64,000 nucleotides of DNA from Candidatus Hydrogenedentota bacterium (lineage in GTDB: Bacteria; Hydrogenedentota; Hydrogenedentia; Hydrogenedentales; SLHB01), in the NCBI GenBank assembly GCA_045863295.1, contig BTWA01000005.1, positions 128,001 to 192,000 of the forward strand. The letters run 5' to 3'. The position numbers and the translations under genes are program-made. The notes under the pieces are model-generated. The model did not search any database, was not told where the DNA came from, and worked only from the letters and a program-made list of their open reading frames with translations. The number at the start of each line of letters is the position of its first letter. Within the stretch, counting starts at the first letter, position 1. Shown piece by piece: positions 28,907 to 38,818 of the stretch.

Positions 28907-29647
28907 TCAGCGGTTTTTACGTCGGTTTTTCTTTAAAGCGTTCTTGTTCTTTTCCGCTTTTCGATCCGCGACGCGTTTTCTGCGTTCCACCGCCTTTAAT
29001 ATGTACGAAGCCGCGTCGGGCGTGACACAATTCGTTTCTCCATGATCCACGTTCACCTTGCCAATAGTCATCGCTGCTCCCAAAGCCATGGCCTGCAAAT
29101 CGTCGTTGCGTAATCCTATGGCAATGAGCGCCTGATTCATGGCGTGGCGCACGCGATTTTTCCTTGTGTGGATCGACGCACGGATTTCATCCACATATTC
29201 CGCGAAATAGGAATTGGGTGGAACCGGGTTTTGAAGCGCATATACGGACAAGGCGGTCCAACCGGCGCTGGCGGTCCATTCCTCGTCTGATTGCGACCAC
29301 GCTTTGATCAGTCTTTGCGCGTAGGGAAGCGAACCGGCTAATTTCGCAAACTCGTCGGTCACAACGTAATTGTCGAGGTCGCGAATCCAGACATCGGCGA
29401 GCGCCCGCGGAAAAGTGGCGGGATCGGCAATCATGCACGCGAGAATGCGCGCGTCATGGACGGCTGAATTCCACAAGGCTTGGGCGAGCGCACTGTCTTT
29501 GCTCAGACGTTTGGCCATCGGTCGCAGGTGTGCGTAACTCACGCCAAAGATCTCGCCTGCGATTCCGTGCCGCCGGTATATGGCCGCATTGTGCAGGGAG
29601 CCAAGCTCCTTGAGCTGTTGCAGGACGTCTTTCGCCTGGTGCGTCAT
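28907..29647 (-). CDS. DNA alkylation repair protein (AlkD-like HEAT repeat)
   Basis: FGVS...LR, LAQALW..HDARILA, MNQALIAIG, IGKV.VDHGET.C.TPDA. Confidence 0.8.
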   Translation of the reverse strand: MTHQAKDVLQQLKELGSLHNAAIYRRHGIAGEIFGVSYAHLRPMAKRLSKDSALAQALWNSAVHDARILACMIADPATFPRALADVWIRDLDNYVVTDEFAKLAGSLPYAQRLIKAWSQSDEEWTASAGWTALSVYALQNPVPPNSYFAEYVDEIRASIHTRKNRVRHAMNQALIAIGLRNDDLQAMALGAAMTIGKVNVDHGETNCVTPDAASYILKAVERRKRVADRKAEKNKNALKKNRRKNR

Positions 29648-29821
29648 GACTTGTCTCGCCGGAGTATACGTTGGCTTGTGCGCCGTTGAGCTGTCCGGCT
29701 ATCAGGGTATCATAGGTTTTTCGTTCCAAATAGTCTTCGCAACAGATCTCTTGTGAGCGTAATGCCGCTGGGGTATGCTGGTATTGCGGGAGACAAGATC
29801 CGTATTCGGGGGTATTCAGGC

Positions 29822-32782
29822 ATGGGCGAACGAGACGAATTGCAGGAGTTACGCGCGTCGCTGAGCCGGCTGCTTGCCGAAGCCGATCAGATATCCCGGC
29901 GGTTGCGGCAGTTGGAATTGCAGGAATTGGAGGGCCGGGCCCGGGAACGTCTCGAAGGCACGTCTTCCATAGAACCGATTCGCGCGCCGGGACCGCCGCC
30001 ACTTCCGCCTACGGCGGCCAAGGCCGTTGCAATGAACAGGCAGGAGCCCGCCGAATTGCCTCCGCTGACGGAAGCACCGGCACCAACTTCTGTCAGTCCC
30101 ATTCGTCAACCGTTGCCTCCTCCTCCTCCTCCTCGCCCTCCCAGGGATCGCGGACCTGGGTGGGAAATCCGGTTGGGGACCTATTGGATTCCTCGCATTG
30201 GCATTGGCTTGGTTACGTTGGCGGTCGTTTTCGCGCTCACATTGGCCATGAACAAGTGGGGCCCTCCCATGCGTGTTGGGCTTGGGTATGGTGTGTGTGC
30301 GGTGTTGCTCGCGCTGGGCTGGCGTCTGGACAAGCGTTATCCGAATTATGCGCGCATCCTCTTTAGCGGCGGGTTCGCGCTCAGTTACTTTGTCACGTTT
30401 GCAGCTCATTATGTGCCGTTTGCAAAGGTCATAGAGAGCACGCCGGTCGCGTTAACGTTACTTGCCTTCGTGGTGGGTATATGGGCTGCCGCGGCGCAGG
30501 TGCGGAAGTCGCGATTGCTCGGCGCGCTTGTCACTATTCTCGGCCACCTCACGGTGCTTCTGGCCATTCAAGGTCCCGGTGGAATCGGGAAGTATGGATC
30601 GTTGGGCGTTGTCGTGCTTAGCGCCGGCAGCGCTTTTTTTCTGCTGCGCAATGGCTGGTATTACATCGCTGCGCTAGGCCTTGCGGGCGCTTACGGCAAT
30701 CATGCGCTTTGGATGTACACGACGACCGGAGCCGACAGTGCGTTCAACTTTTGGGCGAATATCGGCCTGTTGGCAGCGCACTACCTTTTGTACAGCCTGG
30801 CGGAGTATTTCTCGCCTCCAGCCATACGCGAGCGGATACCTCTGGCATTTCGCACGGCGTTTGTTACCGCGAATACGGCGGCCTTATTCGGGTTTGGCAC
30901 ACTCGTTGTCGAGCATTACACCTACAGTCACGGCCACCAGGATCTGTTCCGCTTCGCTGTTTCCGGCGTATTGTTTCTGCTCGCCCTCGGGTACTGGGCC
31001 CGGCGTGACCTCCTGCACAATGCCTATTTTACAAAGGCGGTCACCGCATTGACGCTTGGCCTGGCCGTCCGATATACGGGAGACACGTTGACGGCGTGGC
31101 TTGCGGTAGAGACGGTCGTGCTACTCATCTCAGCGCGACAGTCGGGCCTCACCGTGACTCGCGTGCTCGCATTACTTGTTGGCGCGGCCGGATTTCTATA
31201 CGGACTTACTCAGGGAATGTCCGGTTCCCCCATAGCGTACGAGGATCCCGGTTACGCGCAGGCGTCTGTGAAGGCGTTAATCACCGTGGCTTCATTTTAT
31301 GCGGCCTCGGTAATCTACGAGTTGACGGATTGGACGAACCGATCTCCGAAGTGGTCTCGCATTCCCAATGATTTAGTCGATTTGTTTTGGCAGTTCGATT
31401 TTGCGGAAGCGCCGGCATCGTCAAAGCTTCAGAAGATGGGCGACGGATTGCTGTATCCCGTCTTGTATACTCTGTTCGGCAGCGTACTCCTTTTCATCCA
31501 CGGCCAATTGCTCACTCATGAAGGACACTGGTGTGTCCTGCTTGCCGGGAACGCTGTTGCACTCTTTGTACTTGCCGCGGCTGCCGGAAGCCGTACCTTC
31601 GATCTTGCCTCGCTTGTGTGGCTAGGCGTTGGCGCAGTAGTGGGTACCTACGAGATCGGTACGGTGTCTTCGATGCCGGTCTGGGCTGATATCAGCGTTG
31701 CGGTATTACTTGGGGCCGTCGCCCTGGGTGTGGAGCGCGCCGTCAATGGCCGCTTTCACGCCCTTGAATTTCACCGTCAGCCTTGGACCGCTTACTTCGC
31801 GTATCCAGTTGTATCGTGGATTGTAGCCGCCATATGCATTGATCGACTTGTGCTCACGGTTGAGTTTGCGTCCTTGACATCGGTGGCGGTGTTGCTGGCG
31901 GTGCTTTTTCTTTGGCTTCATCCGCGCGCGATGGCGTACAGTTCGACGATCGTCTTTCTCATTGCCGTTGCACATTGGTACTTCATGCGTGAGTCCGCGC
32001 CGGAAGTTTCTTGGCGAGTTTCCGGCCTTCTATTGATGGCGACACTTTTGGTGGCAGACCGTTTTTACGTATTTGCAGCCCGGCGAAGCGGCGTCGAGCC
32101 GGCGGGCTTTGCCGCTATTGGCATGGCGTGGTGTGTCGCGATGGGCTATGCCCAATTGACGGCCGATCCTGAGTGGCATGCATTCCGATGGGCTGTCGTA
32201 GCGTGCGGTTTTCTGGGTTACGGCCTGGCTTACCGATCGTTACTGGCCGGAGCGCTCGGCGTCATTTCAGCTCTAACCGCGTCGGGCCATCACACATTCA
32301 TTTCGTTGGATGAGACGCAGCCGCAGACCGCCATGACGTTGGGCTTTCTTGCATTGGTGGCGTTCTGGGCCGTATGCGAGCGTCTCGGCACGCGCGTGCC
32401 TTCCCGTGGCGCAATTTCGTCCACCTGGATTACGGTACCCCCGGTCGCCATGGCTACTGGGCTCATGATTGTATTGCTCTATTGCACCCCACAATTTGCG
32501 AGTTTTTATCTCACCGTCAGTTGGGCGGTGCTGGGTGTGGGCTTGTTTGGCTGGGCCATGCTTATCGGTCAGAAGTACTACCGCTACGCGGCGTTGTCCG
32601 TGCTGGGGCTCGCGGTTATACGTGCCATGATTGTAGACACGCGCAATTTGGAGACAATCTACAAGGTACTTGCGCTGGGCGTTCTGGGCGGTGTGCTTCT
32701 GGGAGTCGGCTACGGGTACTTCAAATGGCGGGAGCGAGTTCAAGGGGGCGAAGGATCACCGCCCGATGAGCCTATGGTGTAG
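29822..32782 (+). CDS. DUF2339-like polytopic membrane protein
   Basis: N-terminal coiled coil, Pro-rich linker, WEIRLGTYWIPRIG, many TM helices, C-terminal D....YKVL..LG. Confidence 0.75.
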   Translation: MGERDELQELRASLSRLLAEADQISRRLRQLELQELEGRARERLEGTSSIEPIRAPGPPPLPPTAAKAVAMNRQEPAELPPLTEAPAPTSVSPIRQPLPPPPPPRPPRDRGPGWEIRLGTYWIPRIGIGLVTLAVVFALTLAMNKWGPPMRVGLGYGVCAVLLALGWRLDKRYPNYARILFSGGFALSYFVTFAAHYVPFAKVIESTPVALTLLAFVVGIWAAAAQVRKSRLLGALVTILGHLTVLLAIQGPGGIGKYGSLGVVVLSAGSAFFLLRNGWYYIAALGLAGAYGNHALWMYTTTGADSAFNFWANIGLLAAHYLLYSLAEYFSPPAIRERIPLAFRTAFVTANTAALFGFGTLVVEHYTYSHGHQDLFRFAVSGVLFLLALGYWARRDLLHNAYFTKAVTALTLGLAVRYTGDTLTAWLAVETVVLLISARQSGLTVTRVLALLVGAAGFLYGLTQGMSGSPIAYEDPGYAQASVKALITVASFYAASVIYELTDWTNRSPKWSRIPNDLVDLFWQFDFAEAPASSKLQKMGDGLLYPVLYTLFGSVLLFIHGQLLTHEGHWCVLLAGNAVALFVLAAAAGSRTFDLASLVWLGVGAVVGTYEIGTVSSMPVWADISVAVLLGAVALGVERAVNGRFHALEFHRQPWTAYFAYPVVSWIVAAICIDRLVLTVEFASLTSVAVLLAVLFLWLHPRAMAYSSTIVFLIAVAHWYFMRESAPEVSWRVSGLLLMATLLVADRFYVFAARRSGVEPAGFAAIGMAWCVAMGYAQLTADPEWHAFRWAVVACGFLGYGLAYRSLLAGALGVISALTASGHHTFISLDETQPQTAMTLGFLALVAFWAVCERLGTRVPSRGAISSTWITVPPVAMATGLMIVLLYCTPQFASFYLTVSWAVLGVGLFGWAMLIGQKYYRYAALSVLGLAVIRAMIVDTRNLETIYKVLALGVLGGVLLGVGYGYFKWRERVQGGEGSPPDEPMV

Positions 32783-32784
32783 GG

Positions 32785-33705
32785 TCACGGGCACGATAGT
32801 TTTTCAAGTGCGGAACGCGCTTCGTCCGCGGTGTCTTCGGCGAGGCCGTCGTGTTCCAGCAGTGCCACAAGTGCAGAGCGGGCCTCATGTTTCATGCCGG
32901 CCACTGCGTATAGCTGGGAAAGCACTATGTATCCGTAGTGATAGTGTGGGGCGGCTTGGAGTGATCGCTCCAGCGTGTGTATGGCCTGGCGCAGTTGCTT
33001 TTTCTCAATAAGGAAATTTAATACGGCTGGCAGCGCTTCGATTTGCGCGGGGTCCAAATCGAGAATGCGGGTGAGCATAATGTGGGCCGCTTCAAGATCG
33101 TTTCTCGCTTGATACCTTTCGGCGGCGCTCCACAGTCCGCCCACTCGTTCGGGCAGGTTTTTGGGGCAGTAGAAGACGCCGTATTTGCCGCATGGGAGGT
33201 CCATCAGGGTTTGATGATTCGGCCATGGATCGAAGTCTTCGGGCATCCACTGACTTCGGTGCAATTCGCCCGGGTTACCGTATTGTTCGGGGTGATCCCA
33301 GCCCTCTCCAATGGGAATGTTTACCAGGAGTGCACCTTGCGCCGCGTTGTACAAATGGTGCAACACGGCGATGCCCTCATCCTTGTTCAAGTGCTCAATC
33401 ACGTCGCCGGCGATTACCAGATCGTACCTGTCCAGCGTGGGAGCCACGTCCCGGATGTCCGCAATGCGGATTGACGTATACAGGGCGCGTTGATGAGCCT
33501 GAATGTAGGGTTCAAACAGTTCAATGCCATCGATTCGCGCCTGCCATTTCTCCATCTGAACCCGTCCGGGATGAATGTCCAAATGCATTCGGCATAGGAA
33601 TCCCCATGTGCCGAATCCACACCCCACGTCGAGAACTGAACGAGGGTTGAGATGTGCAATCAGATTCAAGCAGTGACTGAGGTGTATGCCTGTGCTGACG
33701 GGCAT
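32785..33705 (-). CDS. Class I SAM methyltransferase with C-terminal TPR
   Basis: VLDVGCGFG, DVIEHL; TPR-like helices at the C-terminus; AAGGAGG RBS before MPVS. Confidence 0.75.
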   Translation of the reverse strand: MPVSTGIHLSHCLNLIAHLNPRSVLDVGCGFGTWGFLCRMHLDIHPGRVQMEKWQARIDGIELFEPYIQAHQRALYTSIRIADIRDVAPTLDRYDLVIAGDVIEHLNKDEGIAVLHHLYNAAQGALLVNIPIGEGWDHPEQYGNPGELHRSQWMPEDFDPWPNHQTLMDLPCGKYGVFYCPKNLPERVGGLWSAAERYQARNDLEAAHIMLTRILDLDPAQIEALPAVLNFLIEKKQLRQAIHTLERSLQAAPHYHYGYIVLSQLYAVAGMKHEARSALVALLEHDGLAEDTADEARSALEKLSCP

Positions 33706-33866
33706 CAATGAAACCTCCTTCCTCATTCTGGATGAAATGGCGGAGTCCAATCCACTCATGAACGATTGGAGAGAGGAGATATTGTCAAGGACGATTCAAT
33801 GGAGGACGCGCCCGGCAGAATCAAAGTCGCACACAAAGAAGCGGCGAAATTCCGCCACCGACCCTT

Positions 33867-34613
33867 TTACATGGCCAATCCGCCATCGACGGACAGTACC
33901 GCGCCTGTCACATACGACGCCGAGTCCGACGCAAGAAATGAGACGCAAGCGGCAACTTCCTCGGGCCGGCCCACACGGCGGAACGGAATCTTCTTCATGA
34001 TGTAGTCGCGCTGTTCGCCGCTGAGTCCGGAAGTCATGTCGGTATCAATGTATCCAGGCGCAACGACGTTTACCGTGATGCCGCGCGACGCCAGTTCGTC
34101 TGCCAGGCATTTTGAGAAGCCGATGATGCCCGCCTTGGCCGCGCCATAGTTTGTTTGTCCGCCTTGTCCGCGAATCCCGATCACCGAAGAAATGTTAATG
34201 ATCCGTCCTGCGCGCTGCTTCAGCATGTCCCTGGCCACAACCCGGCAGCAATTAAACGTTCCCGTCAGATTGATGTTCATGACGCCTGCCCAATCATCGT
34301 CCTTCATTCGGATGGCGAGTCCGTCACGTGTGATGCCCGCATTGTTTACAAGCACGTGGATGGGACCGAGATCGTCCGTGACCATTTTAACGAGGTCATT
34401 GACGTTTTCGCTCGAACCGACGTCAGCCTCATACCCTTTGACAATTGCACCGGTTTCCTCGGCCAGTTCCTCCGCGGCCTTCTTCGCTGTGTCCAGGGAT
34501 CGACCGCAAATGGCGGTTTTTGCTCCACCTCGTGCGAATTCACGGGCGCAGGCAAAACCGATACCACGCGTTCCACCGGTAATCAATACGACCTTGTCTT
34601 TGAAATCGAACAC
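33867..34613 (-). CDS. fabG: 3-oxoacyl-ACP reductase
   Basis: TGGTRGIG, NNAGITRD, YGAAK, VDGG; GTG start inferred. Confidence 0.93.
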   Translation of the reverse strand: MFDFKDKVVLITGGTRGIGFACAREFARGGAKTAICGRSLDTAKKAAEELAEETGAIVKGYEADVGSSENVNDLVKMVTDDLGPIHVLVNNAGITRDGLAIRMKDDDWAGVMNINLTGTFNCCRVVARDMLKQRAGRIINISSVIGIRGQGGQTNYGAAKAGIIGFSKCLADELASRGITVNVVAPGYIDTDMTSGLSGEQRDYIMKKIPFRRVGRPEEVAACVSFLASDSASYVTGAVLSVDGGLAM

Positions 34614-34642
34614 GTCAGCACTTCTCCCTTTCCGCAAAAGAA

Positions 34643-35530
34643 CTACAATGCAATCCCGTCTGCCGCAGTGACCGTTCCCGCTTCGAACACCTGCGGCGCA
34701 TTCGGCGTGCGTTTGGCGAGCCCCTGAAGCACTTTTCCAGGTCCTGCTTCCACGGCCTGAACGGGCCCCAGCGTACGCATAACGCCGGTCCACTGCACCG
34801 GTCCTCGAATTTGATTCCGCAACGCTTCCCGAATGGCTTCGGGATCTTTCAGGACTGAGCCAGTGACCGAGGATACGAAATCAATACGGGGTGAGGCAAT
34901 GGCGATGCTTTGAAGCGTCTGCCAATAGGTTTCCGCCGCCTCTTGCATGAGGGAGGAATGAAATGGACCTGACACGGCGAGTGGAACCACTCGTTTTGCG
35001 CCCGCCGCCTTCAGAATTTCACCACAGGCATCAATACCGGATTTCGTTCCGGAGATGATTGTTTGATCCGGGCCGTTGAAATTGGCGACCTCAACGCCTT
35101 CCGGCAGGGCCGCTTCAATGACATCCGCCGCGAGTCCGAGAACGGCAGCCATTGCGCCCTCAGGCGCATACTGGCTCATGCAACGTCCCCGTTCGCGCAC
35201 CAGCACATATGCATCGGCAAACGAAAGACACCCGGCGGCAATCAGGGCGGCATATTCGCCGAGGCTGTGACCCGCTGTTACAGTGGCGGAAATGCCGCGT
35301 GCCCGTATATGGGCCAGAATCGCGGCTTCCACCGTGAGCAAAGCAGGCTGCGCGTTCTGGGTAAGGTTCAGCACTTCGGCCGGTCCTTCGAAAATGAGAT
35401 CGAGGAAACCGGCCGGACCATGGGCCGCGGCCTCGTCGAATACTTCGCGAGACGCAGGTGACTTGTCGTAGAAATCCCGGCCCATGCCGGGCGTTTGACT
35501 GCCCTGGCCGGGGAAGAGGAATGCGATCAC
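34643..35530 (-). CDS. fabD: Malonyl-CoA:ACP transacylase
   Basis: FPGQGSQ, GHSLGEY, SGPFHS. Confidence 0.95.
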   Translation of the reverse strand: MIAFLFPGQGSQTPGMGRDFYDKSPASREVFDEAAAHGPAGFLDLIFEGPAEVLNLTQNAQPALLTVEAAILAHIRARGISATVTAGHSLGEYAALIAAGCLSFADAYVLVRERGRCMSQYAPEGAMAAVLGLAADVIEAALPEGVEVANFNGPDQTIISGTKSGIDACGEILKAAGAKRVVPLAVSGPFHSSLMQEAAETYWQTLQSIAIASPRIDFVSSVTGSVLKDPEAIREALRNQIRGPVQWTGVMRTLGPVQAVEAGPGKVLQGLAKRTPNAPQVFEAGTVTAADGIAL

Positions 35531-36558
35531 GGATTCGATTCCTTCTGAGCGATCTGATCTTCGGCTTTGCGCAGTTCACGAATGCCCAGAAGGATGTACT
35601 TATTTACTTCCTTGGTCAGTGCAAGTCGCGCGCCCTTAATTCCATTGGCAACGCCCTTGGCCGTGCATGAACCGTGCAGAATGATCACGACGCCGTTGAC
35701 ACCGAGCAATTCCGCGCCGGTGTATTCATTGGGATCAACGGTGCGCCGTAAGCGCTTGAATGCGCCACGACTCAATAGACCACCCAGCATGCTCAAAGGA
35801 TTCGCCATGATTTCGCGGGTGAGCAAAGTGCGGATCAAGTGGCCGGCGCCTTCGCTGGTCTTGAGTAGCAGATTGCCGGCAAAACCATCGCAAACGAGCA
35901 CGTCCGTTGCGCCCTGATAGAACGCCTTGGGCTCGATGTTTCCCACGAAATTGAGGTGAGGCGCGGCCGACAGTACTTTGTGGACTGTCTTGGCCAATTC
36001 GTTGCCCTTGGCCTGCTCCTCGCCAATGTTGAGCAGTCCTACGCGCGGTTCCTCGATTCCGAGGATCTGGCGCACATACGCCACACCCATTTCCGCGAAG
36101 TCGCAGAGGTGGCGCGCTGTGCAATCCACGTTTGCCCCGAGGTCGAGCACCAGAGAACGGCCTTTCATTGTGGGCAGTTGCTGGCAAATTGCGGACCGGC
36201 TTACGCCTTCGATGGGGCGCAGAATGTTGCGCGCGGCCACCATTACGGCGCCGGTATTGCCGGCGCTGACCATGGCGTCGGCTTGTCCCGTCTTAACCAG
36301 CCGCATGGCCACCAGCATGGAGGCGTCTTTCTTTTTTCGAACCGCCACTACAGGCTGTTCGTCCATGCCAATGATCTCAGACGCGTGCACGACGGAAATT
36401 CGAGGTGGATTCCCTCTTTTTGCCAGCATGGGGCGGATCTTTTCTTCGTCTCCGACGAGGATTATATCGAAGCCGTCAGACGCAAGAGATGCGCACGCCC
36501 CGCCCACTTCCGGGAAGGGGGAGTTGTCTGCACCCATTGCGTCGATAGCGATCCGCAT
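35527..36558 (-). CDS. plsX: Phosphate acyltransferase
   Basis: IAIDAMGAD, SAGNTGA, LDLGAN, NIGEE..KG, DGF.GN. Confidence 0.95.
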   Translation of the reverse strand: MRIAIDAMGADNSPFPEVGGACASLASDGFDIILVGDEEKIRPMLAKRGNPPRISVVHASEIIGMDEQPVVAVRKKKDASMLVAMRLVKTGQADAMVSAGNTGAVMVAARNILRPIEGVSRSAICQQLPTMKGRSLVLDLGANVDCTARHLCDFAEMGVAYVRQILGIEEPRVGLLNIGEEQAKGNELAKTVHKVLSAAPHLNFVGNIEPKAFYQGATDVLVCDGFAGNLLLKTSEGAGHLIRTLLTREIMANPLSMLGGLLSRGAFKRLRRTVDPNEYTGAELLGVNGVVIILHGSCTAKGVANGIKGARLALTKEVNKYILLGIRELRKAEDQIAQKESNP

Positions 36559-36593
36559 GGATTGATTGTCGCTTGGCGCGGCCGTGGACCGGC

Positions 36594-36776
36594 TCAGTCG
36601 TTATCAACATTGATGGCGAGACGATCTTTATAGTGCCCACACTTCGGGCACACGCGATGCGGCATAGCCGGCTCGCCACAACTTGGGCAAGACGCGAAGC
36701 CGGGCTGCTTCAGCGCGTGATGAGACCGCCGCTTCAGCTTACGGGTCTTGCTGGTTCGTCTCTTTGGTACTGGCAC
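36594..36776 (-). CDS. rpmF: 50S ribosomal protein L32
   Basis: MPVPKRRTS, CPSCG..PHRVCPKCG.Y. Confidence 0.97.
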   Translation of the reverse strand: MPVPKRRTSKTRKLKRRSHHALKQPGFASCPSCGEPAMPHRVCPKCGHYKDRLAINVDND

Positions 36777-36779
36777 CGG

Positions 36780-37385
36780 TCATTCCTCCGGACGTTTCGG
36801 CTTGAGGTTGGGGAACAGATCGCCCAGTTTACGCAAGCCGGTGTTAGCTAAGTCGTCATCTTGTGCATGCTTCGCATCACACGAGCATGCCGTATTGTTC
36901 TTGTTTGCGCCGCACCAGGGGCAAAGCCCCTGACACGATTCGTTGCACAGAACCTTGGCCGGTACCGCCAGAACGGTTTCTTCCCAGACACGCGGCGCAA
37001 GATCCAAGGTTTCTCCGTCATGTACGCCGGCGATTTCCGCGCTTTCTTCGAGTTCCTCGTCTTCCGGGTCTTCTTCGGCTTCCAATGGATGGTGCGCGTG
37101 TCCCGGAACGAACAACCATTCCACCTCAATGTGGATGGCTGCCTCCGCAGGGTCAAGGCATCGGTCGCACGTAGCCCAGACCGTGCCACTAAGTGTCCCC
37201 CGCACAAGGACATCCGTATCAATGGGCAGAATCTCGCCCGTCAATGACAGGTCCTTAATCCGGGGCGAGTCAACGCCCTCGGGCCGGACCATCGCTTCCG
37301 TGATGTCCAGGTCGATTTCGAGGCCGTCCGCAGGCACCATGGAAAGAGCTACTTTGAGCATATCCACAGCCCGTCGCACCTCCAC
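36780..37385 (-). CDS. yceD: DUF177/YceD family protein
   Basis: CDRCL, LCNESCQGLCPWCG; position upstream of rpmF; start uncertain. Confidence 0.85.
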   Translation of the reverse strand: MEVRRAVDMLKVALSMVPADGLEIDLDITEAMVRPEGVDSPRIKDLSLTGEILPIDTDVLVRGTLSGTVWATCDRCLDPAEAAIHIEVEWLFVPGHAHHPLEAEEDPEDEELEESAEIAGVHDGETLDLAPRVWEETVLAVPAKVLCNESCQGLCPWCGANKNNTACSCDAKHAQDDDLANTGLRKLGDLFPNLKPKRPEE

Positions 37386-37522
37386 GCAGAAAGCGAAAGG
37401 GTATCAAATAGCGGCGTTTGAAGTCAAACTATGGCTGGACTTGCGACAAATCGGGGTTGCGGTGAATCCGGCGGGTTCCTGTGCTAGAGTGAGGGTGGTC
37501 AAATCTTGGATTTGTTTAGCTC

Positions 37523-38353
37523 ATGCCGCCTAAAACAGCCCGCAAACCGCCCTATTCCAATCCGGATTCAGCGCTTACCCCGCCCTTGAAATGGGCCGGG
37601 GGCAAGCGTTGGTTACTGCCGTTTCTGAAGCCGTTGTGGCAAGACTTCCGCAATTACCGGCTTGTGGAGCCTTTTTGCGGTGGTTTGGCCGTGGCTCTTG
37701 GTCTGAATCCGGCGTCAGCCCTGCTGAACGACATTAACCCTCATGCCATCAATTTTTACAGGCAGTTACAGCGGGGTCTCTCGATCACCATCGATGTGCG
37801 CAACGACGAGACTTTGTATTACCTGCACCGCGATGCGTTCAATCAACTTATCGAGCGAGGCAACGCCGAGACAAAAGAGGCGGCGCAGTATTTCTACTAT
37901 CTGAATCGCACCGGGTACAACGGTCTGTGCCGTTTCAACAGCCGGGGTCTGTTCAATGTGCCTTATGGCAGTTACAAGACCATTGGTTATGCCGTAGACT
38001 TTTCCAAGTACCAATCGGCGTTAAGCCGGTGGGAGTTTGTTTGCGGCGATTTTGAATCCATTTTGCCGGAGCGTAAGGATTTCATCTATGCCGATCCTCC
38101 ATATGACGTTGAGTTCCGTCACTATTCGAAAGAGGGGTTCTCTTGGGAGAGCCAGGAACGGCTTGCGGAGTGGCTCGCCCAGTACAAGGGGCCGGTCATC
38201 GCCTCCAATCAGGCGACTCCCCGCATCCTAAAACTCTATCGCCGGCTTGGGTTCAAAGTCGTGGTGAAGAAGGCGCCCCGGATGATAAGTTGCACCGGCG
38301 ATCGCAAACCCGCCGAGGAAATGCTGGCCATGCGGGGGCCGGGCCTTTTATGA
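37523..38353 (+). CDS. Dam-family (D12 class) N6-adenine DNA methyltransferase
   Basis: LKWAGGK, EPFCG, YLNRTGYNGLCRFN, DPPY. Confidence 0.92.
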   Translation: MPPKTARKPPYSNPDSALTPPLKWAGGKRWLLPFLKPLWQDFRNYRLVEPFCGGLAVALGLNPASALLNDINPHAINFYRQLQRGLSITIDVRNDETLYYLHRDAFNQLIERGNAETKEAAQYFYYLNRTGYNGLCRFNSRGLFNVPYGSYKTIGYAVDFSKYQSALSRWEFVCGDFESILPERKDFIYADPPYDVEFRHYSKEGFSWESQERLAEWLAQYKGPVIASNQATPRILKLYRRLGFKVVVKKAPRMISCTGDRKPAEEMLAMRGPGLL

Positions 38354-38772
38354 AGCTGCGCAATACCAAGACCGGATCCGTGATGGAATTGATGGCACTT
38401 CCCGCATTGCGCATGGGTGGGTACGACGTATCGATTCAGCAGGTGGTGGGCAAACGGCCCGGCGGCCGGCAACACAAAATAGATATTGTCGCCCGCAAGG
38501 ACGACAAGGCCTGTCTTGTATCCCTGAAGTGGCAACAAGTGGGCGGTACTGCGGAACAGAAAGTACCTTTTGAAGTGATTTGCCTTGCCGATATCATATT
38601 TCGAAATCCTAAGCTATATCAGAAGGCCTACCTGGTGTTGGGCGGTCAGGGGTGGACCTTGCGTGAGTATTATGTGCAGGGCGGTTTACATGAGCACCTG
38701 GCATACGGCCATCTTGTGGAAGTACTGACACTTGAAGATTTTGTTGGCAAGGCGAATAAAGGTGAATTATAA
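38350..38772 (+). CDS. Small PD-(D/E)XK-type nuclease, putative restriction endonuclease
   Basis: ATGA overlap with the MTase stop; E..IDIV...SLKWQQVGGTAEQKVPFE; 140 aa. Confidence 0.7.
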   Translation: MKLRNTKTGSVMELMALPALRMGGYDVSIQQVVGKRPGGRQHKIDIVARKDDKACLVSLKWQQVGGTAEQKVPFEVICLADIIFRNPKLYQKAYLVLGGQGWTLREYYVQGGLHEHLAYGHLVEVLTLEDFVGKANKGEL

Positions 38773-38818
38773 GATCTTCGAACTGATCAGTTGCTCTCGC
38801 TCAATCGAGGGGCCCATC

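Noticed and set aside
30116..30133. (CCT)6 repeat as a phase-variation tract
   Set aside because: In-frame trinucleotide repeat encoding a poly-Pro linker; slippage would not shift the frame
38143..38349. N-terminal 69 aa of the 209-aa ORF-track nuclease
   Set aside because: Overlaps the MTase; the likely start is the ATG at 38350 coupled to the MTase stop
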